Part shown: in pieces, positions 26,394-36,900 of the stretch
How the letters are laid out: each line of letters opens with the position of its first letter
Numbering within the stretch: position 1 is the first letter of the stretch
Assembly (NCBI GenBank): GCA_000320545.1
Contig: ADNK01000157.1
Location: 62,001-126,000, forward strand
Direction: 5' to 3'
Source of the DNA: Bigelowiella natans CCMP2755
Lineage: Eukaryota; Protista; Cercozoa
Length of the DNA: 64,000 nucleotides
The notes under the pieces: model-generated
What the model was told of the DNA's origin: nothing
Seen by the model: only the letters and a program-made list of their open reading frames with translations
Database searches by the model: none
Position numbers and translations under genes: made by a program

Positions 26394-28116
26394 ATCGAAG
26401 ATGGAAGTGGATGGGGAAGGAAACAGCAACCATGCATACTAATGATTTACTAATGGTTTTGAGTGGGTGGTGAATGTGATAGAGTAATCATATAAATATA
26501 CACATATTTATTTCATCTTGTTTATCATATTGGAAATAATAGCATCATCTGCATCACCATCATTAGTGCGGGATCAAAAATCCTATCATACAATCGACGA
26601 TTCCCACCTCATTCACGTTCTTGATCATTTGCGAGATGTAGTCCTCCGCCCCCTCTCTTACCTCCTTGATGGCCCATATGTAGTCCTCGTCCTTGTGATT
26701 CTTCTCGTTGCGGATAAATTCGCGGATGGTTTCCCAGATTTCGATTTGCTTCTCATACGTGGGAGTTTTACCGTCAGGAAAGAAGAAATCCTCGGACGAT
26801 GAGGAGGAGGAAAGCTCTGCAACACGGCGGTGGTACTTGCCTTCAATGGAGGTCACGAGCTGGTGGAGAGACTCCAGCGTTGTGACGAAATCTGCCGTTG
26901 TGATGTCATAGCCGGTGAAGTAGTTTTCCGGGTCCTCTTCAGATTGCAGCGTGTTCATCCTGTCGAGGAGAAAGAGAGTGGCTTGTGTCTCCGTAGCAAG
27001 CTTCCGGTAGTCGTCCGTTGTCGCACTGCTCCAGTCAATCTCTCTTTCCACGGGCTCCAGCTGATATCCAAGGAAATTCGCAAAAAGGCTACGCCGTTGG
27101 TAATTTGGCAGATTTAGACGCTCAGCGATCTCAACCGTGTCGACGACGTTGATAGAATTCATATCCCATGTGCGGTACAGTTCTCCCACGTCGTTCAGCT
27201 CACCATGTACCGCTTTCCTGACCGGCTCCGTGAGAATTTTCACCAGGGTTGGCGGCGGAAATGGCTGGGAGAGCATCTCGCAAGCCTTCGCGTACTCAGG
27301 GAGCCTATAGATTATTGTCGTATCCATTGATGACACGGCAACAACGGAGGGTCCCGCTGCCGCGCCTTTGCTCCAGCGAGTGTTAAAGCCGACGACATGT
27401 GTGTGCCAGTCCAGGTCGTACAGCTTATCTACGGTTCTCTGTATCATGGGATTTACCTCGTCGACAGGGGAGCTGATGACGTATATTTTCCCCATTGGCT
27501 GGAATTTAGGCAGCGAGCGGATGAACAGCTCGTCAGATCGTAGACGGGGGTCTCGATCCCATGCGGTGGGATCCAGCTCCAGTGCTTCCTCCTCTTCCTC
27601 ATCATCGCTCTCTTCGAACAGTTCCATGAACCCCAAATCGCGATCGGAGCCGCCGCGGCCCCAGTCACGGTTTGAACCGCGCGCGTATGCACTGCCCCTT
27701 AGAGTAGCTTGATGATCGCGTCGATTATGTCGTGGTCTACTGTGTGTCGTTGCTGTGAATTCTGATTTGGTGAGAGAAGCAGAACGTTTTGGGACAGCCA
27801 ACCGGGGTCTCGGCGAACTCGTGCGCATTCCACCTCCCCATCTGCCCCAAGGAGTTCCGCTCCCTCCAAGGGGGACTGCCCTTCCGCTCACAGGCTGTCG
27901 TATCCTCTGTGTATACACGGGCGATAGGCTATTTTGTAGAAATTCAGCACCACCATCGCCGCTAGTGGTTCTTTTGTTTTCTAGTGGAAGCTTTGCAACA
28001 AGGCAGACCCCCACAATCACAGTCCACACAAAGGCAGCACCGGCAGGGGGGATGCCACAACGGGCTCCAGCGACACTTTCACCCCCGAGAAACCGCCGTC
28101 TGTTCCTACTGTACAT
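20897..28116 (-). CDS. Large multi-exon protein (possibly two genes): hydrophobic + basic leader, degenerate WRN/EXD2-like 3'-5' exonuclease domain, SAP domain, long acidic/low-complexity tail
   Basis: SLPKFQPMGKIYVI...VVGFNTRW...VVAVSS...IIYRL...PPTLVKIL...KAVHG...VVD (about 26960-27510); SAP motif MTIKELKTRLREKGLPVSGSKAALVARL (about 25365-25450); AG/GT-bounded acidic exons continue to about 21000. The 3' end is uncertain. Confidence 0.6.
24916..25032. repeat. Compound microsatellite (CA)n-(TA)n-(TG)n; representative of dozens of intronic SSRs in the window
   Basis: Read directly; similar (CA/TA/GA/CAT/TAG)n tracts occur in most introns of the HMGR, UxaA, BIG and WD40 genes. Confidence 0.95.
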
Positions 28117-28777
28117 CCAGCCGGCGACAGATAGGGAGAAGCTGGCAGACGACAGCAACGGTATTCTCTGGTACGCCTGACCTGAGAAAGAACATAATCT
28201 TGTGTCAGGTCTTTCACAGGACATCAACAACATTATGGGGAGAGGGAAAACTGAAAGAAGAAAAACGCCCGAAAATGCTACGTGGTCAGTAACGAAGTAT
28301 TGGGTTGTTTCAAGGTTTTCTGTATCAAGCATGGTATGAAGCTGTTCAACAAGCACCCCATTCCGTTCCCCCTCCTCTTTTCCTGACAGGCTCCCATATA
28401 GAATATGGCCATCAGAAGATGGAAAGAAGATATATATAATACGTTTTCAGCCTACTCATCTTCAATATGGAAACATTTACAGCTTTCCCTCCCCACTATC
28501 CCCCCCCGCACCCCACCGGTCTTATGCCGTTGTGCCGAGGCCCGATAGAAATATGCAGCTACGACAATAAGAATCCCTTGCCGTTTCAGAAAAATATTGG
28601 CCAATTTTGCGCAGATACAGATTCCAAAGTATAGTGGCTATTTATCTTTGCGACATACCCTTTTCGTCAGTAGCGGGTTTTGATAGCAGGAATTAGAAAG
28701 CCCATTTTGTACTTACGACATCCAATATTTTCGGCCAAACGACAAGTTTCGCAAGCCATACAGCACTGGTGAGAAGG

Positions 28778-30310
28778 ATGGCGTCGCTCCGATCACTGGC
28801 ACCCCACGTGATCTTTCTGCTTTTCGTGGTATCCCTTCTACTCCTATCCTCGTATGGGTCAGATAGAAATCAATATAATCTTCGCGGAGGGCTAGCCTTG
28901 AACTCTCGTTGCTTTTCTGGCGGGATAACGCGCTTCCCTCGAACGGGAACTGTCGTTTCCGGTACCCCCCCTATGCCTCGGCAGACACTTGTTCGTCTTA
29001 TCAAGGACCCAAACCTTTTCTCCGGAGACTCGGATAATAACATGATGAAGCCTGCCTCAGATAGTGGGTTGATTGGAGTGCAGAAGGATTCCGAAAAAAT
29101 GGAATGGGATCCGGACAATGTCCTCGGCCCAAGGCAATCTGGTCACCTTTCAAGGCTCGAGGCGGTGCAGGCTGAGCAAAAGGTGATCTCCAACACAACA
29201 AGCAAGTCCCTTTCAAAATATTTTCATCGTTTAGTTGATTAAGATGTCACAAAGTATAAATTCTTCTGTCTTACGAATCGACCTCCTTCAGAACAAAGCT
29301 GAATACGACAGGATTGTCGCCGAGCAGCTCAAGCAGGCTGAAGAGGCCAGAGAAAGGTTCAACCATTAAAATTGTTCACCACATGCGCCTAATCATCAAT
29401 TAGTCTATCTTGAGAGCATTAACAAGTATCCTACTCTTACAACTTCATTTCCAAATACAATTGCACAGGCGTGATTCACGTACACCTCCAGAGGACTTGA
29501 ATGACCTGCACGAGGTGATCGAGTACTTTCTCGATACGCATCCTGAAGACATGTAAGTATTAGCCATTATTATCCTTGCAGTAGTTATCGTTATAGTAGC
29601 ATAGTTGTTGAGTACTGTCGGGTGGAGAAGGAGAATTCACTAAGACATTTTCTCTCGTCCCTTAATTTACAAAGGGAGCACGAAATTGCACGGCTTCGTC
29701 CCGCAATTACACCCCAGCTGATTGTGGTGCGTTTAAATTCCATCCCATCTTACTTGAATCGAAACGTTGGATGTAGTACTAGTAGTAAATTTTATCCCAT
29801 CTTACTTCAATCGGAATATAGTGGCTCGTTGGCTCATGGATTTAATATGTTTTCTATACCACATTTATTCAGTATATGGATAAGTACGTCAATGCAACTA
29901 TGCTAATGAGAAGTGAGAAGAACCAGGCAGAAATCGACAAGATGGACGAATATGCAGCTCTTAGCCAAGTCTTGAAGGAAGGCGTGATTATTTTCGATAC
30001 GATGAAGATGGAGGCGCTAAAAGCGCAAGAGAATTTGCGAATGGTTCTCACTGCGGATGACAAAAAGGCAGCTCTATTAGAACTTGCAGGACGCAATGAA
30101 ATTGACGACACTTTCATAATGCTGATTGAATCGAACGCCCAGCAAGCACAGGCGGCTGGGCAAGATAAAGTTGCGGAGTTTATGCTGAAGCTACGAGAAG
30201 CAGCGACAAGATACGTCATCAAGCCTATGAATGTCCCACTACGCGAGGGTGAAATGCAACAGCAGGATGCTGGAGGAAATATGGGAGGGCAGGTTGGCTC
30301 TCAAAACTAG
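28778..30310 (+). CDS. Plastid-targeted conserved green-lineage protein of unknown function (resembles Arabidopsis At1g18060-type proteins)
   Basis: Signal peptide (VIFLLFVVSLLLL) plus Arg/Gly/Ser-rich transit-like peptide; exons WDPDNVLGPRQSGHLSR, IEYFLDTHPEDMEHEIARLRP, AQENLRMVLTADDKKAALLELAGRNEID...AEFMLKLR. Family assignment is from memory. Confidence 0.7.
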
Positions 30311-31202
30311 ACATACAAAATCCACTAGGCAGTAGCATTGCCAGCAACATATTCAAGAAAATCGTAGCAGCATTTCCTCCATTAATACGCATTAAATTCA
30401 AGCCCAGTAATATCCTAGTTATCCCATCTTACCATTTAATATAAGGTCGTCTGATTGCATACACACTTCTTTCAAAGTAGATACGATAAGCGAGCTGCGT
30501 GACTTTCTTTTTCCTACCAGTATTTTAGTCTGCCACTGTGTATCATCGACGGCGCATGTGACTAGCATGCTATCTGCTACATTATGACATTATCTATATT
30601 CCAGCATTATCTTCGATCGATCATTGACGTTGTGCCGTGAGTTTGCACGTACGTACCATGTATGCACAAACATTATTGGTTACATGCCATGCGGCGGGTC
30701 ACGGATACAATAACCGCTGGTTGCCACACAGCATGTATAGTAGCATGATGTGAGGCGAAAGCTGGCGCCATATGACGTTGGCCTCAGTAGACTAACTGCT
30801 TCATTTACACAGAGTGCCATTTTCAAAATGTGGCAGGTGCTAGCGTGTGTGTGTGTGTGTGTACACATACATGCACATTACAGCATGCGCTTCTGCAAAA
30901 ATAATCAGTGTCATCAATGACAAAGTGCACATAGCTAGATAGCGTGACACTGTGCCTATTGTCTCACATTTAGCGCCGCATTGGACTTCATTATTGACAG
31001 CTTCAGTATTGAACCACAGCAACTACAAAGCGATGCATCGCGTTGATAAAGAAGAACGTAAATTTTGAACACCCACATGAACATGAAAAAGAACAACCAT
31101 TCCGAGCCCTTACGAACTTGCATGATCGGATGGCAAATTAAAATACGGCGACCTTGTTGATCTCCTCTTTATGTGGAACGGAGTACAAAATCTACCTGTT
31201 CC

Positions 31203-32798
31203 TTACCACTTAACTAAGAGTCTCTCGCTACTCATGTTCAGCTTTAATGTGACGTGCTGCGCGTTGAAAGTGTAGTGATTATTTGGAGGGCTGACTGGGA
31301 AAGGATCGCAACATTGGGTTGAAACCATCCAGAAGTTGTCCGGACCCATCCAAGCAGGAGGGAATACTGGGGTGTATGCACCAGTGGATCCATCCCAACC
31401 GCTCCAGTCGTCATCAATGTGGAAGATTGAGAAAGGTCCCCAAGGCTCGGGAGCTTCAACGAGAACAAGTTGAGAGCGCTGATGCTTCGTCCTGTCGTTG
31501 CGTTCGTCAGGGGAGTGATCTGGGCGTGGATGGCCATCGTAAGAAATCCAAGCCCAGTTCGCGAAGATGTAGCTCTTTGTTTCGAAGTGGTAGTTTACTT
31601 GCTGGACAGCGGTCATCAATGGGTAGCTCCAGACCGGGACAGCAATGGAGTCATCGGACACCCAAGCGATCTGTCCATCTGGCATTTCGCCGTTATAGAA
31701 TTCGTAAGCTGTGCGGTTGAGTATTTGGTCTTTTGGTACACGTCCAAGGAAAAGCATGTCGTTCTGTTCAAAGAAAGCAGCGCCTCCATTGGTGGCTTGG
31801 AAGTGAACATATACATACTCGTCGCGCGCTCCTGCATTATCCCTGCCAAACTGAACAAATCTTGGGGCTGCGAGCCGTCCAGTGAACATCTTTGGATTCG
31901 TCGCATTCAGGTTCCAGGTAACACCCCCGTCTTCTGAAGTGATGATCCAAGATGGACCATAACGTTGGCGGTTGAAATCAAGGTCGTCTCCGTAGTTGAA
32001 GCAAGTCACGGCCCAGTAAAGGACACCGTCGATACTAATGACACTGTTGGACTTGATGTTTGGAACATCCTCGTATTCTGGCTTGTGCCACGGGTTCCAG
32101 TTCTCACAGTAGTCAAGAAGCCACTTGCCTCGAACGGGAATAGTGCTCCCTTGCAGCGTCATGTTCGTGCACTGAGGACTCGGGTTACTTGGGTCCGTAC
32201 AGTTCATATCCATTGGCCCTCCCTTCACTTTGAAGAAGGCTGCAGGGGAGAATTCTTGGCCCTGGTTATTGTCTCCCGCACCGGTGTACTGATTCCCGTC
32301 TGCACCCCATGTAATTGGAAACTCGTCGCCCTGAACAGCAACCTGGTACTTAGGATCCACGTATGCTCCTAGAATTACACTGGAGTTGGGATATTTTGGC
32401 CGCAAGGAGGGAAGCTTCGATCTGAGACCAGAGACGACTGGATCTCCAGGTGCAGGGGTGACCAATGGGTCAATGTCGTCACGGAACACGCAACATGGCT
32501 TGTCCACAGGGCAGTCAGTCCCTTCAGGAAGATCCTTCCCATCGGGATGGAAGTCGAATGATTCACAAGACCAGTCACCGCAGCAAAGGTTTCCGCAATC
32601 CATTGGGGTAGCATCTGCGTCCATAGGATTCCATTTGTATTGCGAAGTTGAGGAGGGTTCCCGACGTTTTCCCGCCGGGTCAAGCTTGAGACCGGCAGGG
32701 CAACGTTTGTCACGAATATAACGTGGAACCTGGTCTGCAACGCCAGTGGCGCAGCAAACAAGGAGGAGGAGGAGAGGGAGGCGGTTAGAAAGATCCAT
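31203..32798 (-). CDS. Intronless secreted protein: signal peptide, PAN/apple-like Cys module, DUF4185-like beta-propeller (putative glycoside hydrolase)
   Basis: 531-aa uninterrupted ORF; leader LPLLLLLVCCATGVA; C-x3-CC-x4-C-x2-F-x-F...CC module; GDEFPITWGADGNQY..GD, ISIDGVLY, SEDGGVTW (Asp-box), FVQFGRDNAGARDEYVY, LGRVPKDQI...AYEFY.G, APEPWGPFS. Confidence 0.75.
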   Translation of the reverse strand: MDLSNRLPLLLLLVCCATGVADQVPRYIRDKRCPAGLKLDPAGKRREPSSTSQYKWNPMDADATPMDCGNLCCGDWSCESFDFHPDGKDLPEGTDCPVDKPCCVFRDDIDPLVTPAPGDPVVSGLRSKLPSLRPKYPNSSVILGAYVDPKYQVAVQGDEFPITWGADGNQYTGAGDNNQGQEFSPAAFFKVKGGPMDMNCTDPSNPSPQCTNMTLQGSTIPVRGKWLLDYCENWNPWHKPEYEDVPNIKSNSVISIDGVLYWAVTCFNYGDDLDFNRQRYGPSWIITSEDGGVTWNLNATNPKMFTGRLAAPRFVQFGRDNAGARDEYVYVHFQATNGGAAFFEQNDMLFLGRVPKDQILNRTAYEFYNGEMPDGQIAWVSDDSIAVPVWSYPLMTAVQQVNYHFETKSYIFANWAWISYDGHPRPDHSPDERNDRTKHQRSQLVLVEAPEPWGPFSIFHIDDDWSGWDGSTGAYTPVFPPAWMGPDNFWMVSTQCCDPFPVSPPNNHYTFNAQHVTLKLNMSSERLLVKW

Positions 32799-33548
32799 GG
32801 CAAGATGGATGGGGAGTGTCCAAACAATGTAACCGCGGGCTTGTGAATACCCTACACAACCCGATTAATTAATAAAAAAAGTACCCAGCTGTATTTGGTA
32901 AATTCTAGTTTATTTAAAACAAGAGACAGCTTTTTCTAGTTGTAAAGCGTAGGGAATACGGGGGCAATGAATCAACTCTTTCTTTGGCCCCTTCCAAGAG
33001 AAAATCGGTGCCTTTTCGGAGTAAAGCGGCAATAAATGATGGTTTTTTCCCGTGCAAACGTGGGAGGAGCAAACCGGAAATCATTTCCTGGAATACCTAG
33101 AGGATTTTCGCAGTGCGACTAGTACTCTGTTAAATCGCATTGCTTGTTGTCGAAGTTCCTGCAAACGCCTGTCTCCCATGTGGTTCTGGCGCATGTGGAT
33201 TTGATCAACGCTTTGTTCATTGTTCATTGTTCATTGCTCAGGATGGATGCTTTGCGTCGTCATCACTTGGCTGCTTGTTAGTTGTGATGCATTCAATGAT
33301 TAGTTTGTGCTAATTTGCATGAACCCCGCTAGTTTGCTAGTCAGCACTGAAGCCATCGCAGTTCGATCGAGGCACTGCATTTCGCACGTTGCAAGTGTCT
33401 TGTCACACTTTGGAAATGTGGTTTTTCATCATTGTTCTCATTGTTCTCATTGTCCTTCCTCCCCTCTTCAACTCCGAAGAAAATTCCAACAAGACTAGCA
33501 GACCCACACCCACGGGCTGACCAGCCAGGCTAGCAGGCTCTGTCGATT

Positions 33549-33874
33549 TGTTGCGCGTAAGGTGTTCACAGGCCGAGGCGCTACGTGCACAAGTAGGCAG
33601 GGGGGGGGAAAGGCACGTTTGCTTCCTTTTGAAGAGTTGTGTTTATTTTTATTAAAGATTATATTTTTATTAAATCGTGCACTGCGTAATCATTCGCGAA
33701 GCTTTCGCGAATGCCGCCGCACGTGGGGCAGCACACTTCCGGTGTGCTGCCATGAGTCCCGCCGGAACCCACGTGCCTATGCTGTATTAATATCTACGTT
33801 ATCTATATTCTATATCCGCGACAACCCCTTTGTTGTCGCACGTGACTTGTGCCCGCGTAGTGGTACGCGCTACA
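33549..33874 (-). repeat. 3' LTR (326 bp)
   Basis: Direct repeat of 38939-39264; imperfect 11-bp terminal inverted repeat TGT(T/A)GCGCGTA; minus-strand AATAAA signals near 33642-33671. Confidence 0.97.
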
Positions 33875-33882
33875 CCTCCCCC
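33875..33882 (-). promoter_or_regulatory. Polypurine tract (GGGGGAGG) abutting the 3' LTR
   Basis: CCTCCCCC on the + strand directly next to the LTR terminus. Confidence 0.85.
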
Positions 33883-33925
33883 AAGTCACGTTGCTCCTTC
33901 CTTCCTTCCTTATTCCCTTAGACCT

Positions 33926-36900
33926 TCATCGCTTTCGGAACTTCACCAACCACCAGGTAATAGATTCCTCTCTAACCTTATCTCCTTTGTCGCTTACCCA
34001 GAACTCACCTTCGTCCTTAGGTTCGTGTCCATACCAGCCCTCTGCATCAAGGTCCCCCAGGACCTTATACCAGTGCTCAAAGGGTAAGTCGGGAACAGCT
34101 AGGTAGAGTAGCTGATATTTTCCGTCCTTTATTTTCATAGCTACCCTCTCCATATTTCGTAATCCAGGGTAGCCTAGATAGACAATCTTCATGCGCCAAT
34201 CGTCGTTCACCCTGACCTTATTGTTTCCATATTCCACATCGAACTTAGGTCGGGGTCCTAAACAAGGCATTGCTCGCTCCCACACAGTAGGGTTTACTTT
34301 AACATCCTCTAGGAGCTTCTCACCGATATCATAATTCTTTAGGTGACTGATGTGGCGCAAGGTGACCCTGTTCCCATCATAGATGTAGTACTGCTTCCTC
34401 CCCTTCCTCTCGGTAACCTTTGCAACGCCACCCCAGAAGGGGTCTTGTTTATTTCTCGATCTCAGATTTACCTTGGCCCTAACATACTGTCCTTCCTTTA
34501 GAACTCGGCCATCGTACGGGACCTTCTCGTCTTCGCTCTCGGTATCGTCGTCGTTGTCGTCGCCTTCTTCCCTCTCCTTATCCTTGATACCTCCCCCAGA
34601 CGTGAAGGTGTCGTTTACTAACCCTTGTATCTTGTCTGGTGTGGTGCTATTTATCCTGCTTAGGTTGGCCAAGGTGCGGTGGAGTCGCTCTACCTTGGAG
34701 TTGGACTGGGCATAGTATACAGGTGAGGCATCAATATTAGGGTGTGGTAGCTGTAGAAGAGAGGTCTCATTATCCACATGTAACTTCTTTGGTATCTTGT
34801 TTATGCTAACTTCATCAGGGATAGCCTGGAGCTCAGACTCCCAGGTACGGTAGCAGTTAGTAAGCCTCTGCTTATATAAGCCTTTGTTCTTCTTAGCAAC
34901 GTTGACCTTGATAATCTTTTTAACCCAGCACTTTCCAGTGGCCACATCAACGAAGGTAAGGTAGTGATAGCCATCGTACTTATAAACATCAATTTGCACG
35001 ATATCTAAGAAGTTCCTTGCTTTGATTTTCTTAGATGCACGGCTCTTGCTGGACTCCTTGGTGGCGACGCCTGCCGCCTTCAAGCTGGAGCACCTGCAGC
35101 CACGCAGGTATGTCCTTATCTCTTTTAGCTTGTAGGGCCAGTAGTAATGGTAGAGTAGAGCAGTGATATGGTTTTCTCCTACGTGTGCAGGTCCATGGGC
35201 GGTAAAGAGAAGGGCTCCCCTGGTCCGCCGTGGCACGTAGGTACGCCTAACATTATTAGTGTATACATATATCCTATCACTAAGTACCTCATGCTTGTGT
35301 TTGTATTTATCCAGGTGTTCTTGAAGGTGCTGGAGCTCCTCTGGCTCAGGCAGGAAGTCGCCGTCCTCGAAGGTAATCGCGTTAACCATAGGGGTGACCT
35401 GGGTAGGGACTTTCTTTTCGAACAGCCTGCTGAAATAGTCAGCAAGCTGCTTGTCTCCTGGTGCGTAGACCACTGTCCTCTTGTCCCTAAACTCTTCCGT
35501 GTCCGCCCTCATAGCTGCATACTCATCGTTAGGCGCTTCGAGCTTGCGGTCGATGCCTAGGAGGGGCTTGTGGTCAGTCATTAAGGTGAAGCTGGGCACC
35601 GACAGCAGGTAGTATCTTAGTTTCCTCTGCGCCTCAGTCATGGCTTTATACTCTCCTTTTGTAGGGCTGTACTTGGCCTCAGCTGCTGTGCAGGCCCTGC
35701 CCCACACCCGTATGATCTGCTGGTCTTGGGTAAGTACAGCAGCCATACCTAGCTTAGACCAGTCTGTCCATAGGGTAGCTGGTCTAGTAGTGTCTAGCTT
35801 AGCATTCAATAGGGTGTTGCTGCATAACTTTATTAGGTTATCGAAGTGGGCATCAAGGCCAGCCTTGGCCCACACCTTAGCGAAGCTGAGGCCTACAGAG
35901 TTCTCCTTCCGGTAAGCAGTAGTAAAAGCAGCTGCAGTCCTAGCGTAGGTAGGGGAGAACCTACGTAGTATCCAAGCTGCAGTCTGCAAGAATGACTTTA
36001 ACTCCTTTGCATTCTTAGGTTTAGGGGCTTGCTGTAGTGCTGCTACTTTCTCGGGGTTTGGGGTGATGCGGCCTTGCTCCAGGTAATATCCACACCACTT
36101 GATTCTTGTAGCTAGGAATGTACACTTCTGCAGTCTAATAGTAAAACCGAAGTGTGCAAACCTAATAAATATATTTTCCAGGAGGAAGATCTGAGCGACG
36201 ACTGTGTTGGTACATATTATGTCATCATCCACATACACAAACACAAACACCCACAACACAGACGCCATCCCATCATGTGTGTATGCCCTGTAGTTCTGAC
36301 TACTGAACGCATCCCCTGATATGCTTAGGCCGTAAGGGAATACGACGAAGTGCCACTTCCTGTGCCTGCTGGAGAACGCGGTAATGGGGCGGGAGGTTTT
36401 GTGGATGGGTGTCTGCATGTATGATTCATTTTTATCTAGGGAAGAGTAGTATTTGTATCCTATGACGTGTTCAATAACGTCATCTATCCTTGGTGTAGGT
36501 GTCTGGATCCTCTTTATTACTCGGTTGTGGCGGATGAAGTTGTGCGCCAGGCGGAAGAAAGGGTAAGTAGGTTTCTTAGCTAGCACATGTCTCACGTTCC
36601 ATGGTGAGTTGCTTGGCTCTATCTTCCCTTCCTTTGCCCATTCATTGATCTGCCACTCTATCTTTTCCCAGTCCGCTTCCGGTCGCCTATGTTCTGGGTC
36701 ATTGATGATGCACTCTTCGTATCCCTTCTTTAGCTCGATCTTTACTGGGGTAAGCTTGCTGGAGGGCTTCGTCGTCGGCTTGGTGATGTCAGAGTACTTC
36801 TCGTTTAATATTTTATTAATGTACTTTTTGCCTTTGTCGATATCCCAATCATCAGCTGGGGGGGTCTTGTCCAGTAGCTCCGTTATCTGTCGGATGGTCT

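Noticed and set aside
33562-33921. Duplicate + strand ORFs in the LTRs (also 38922..39440)
   Set aside because: Non-ATG starts, antisense to the element, no recognisable domain; duplicated only because the LTRs are.
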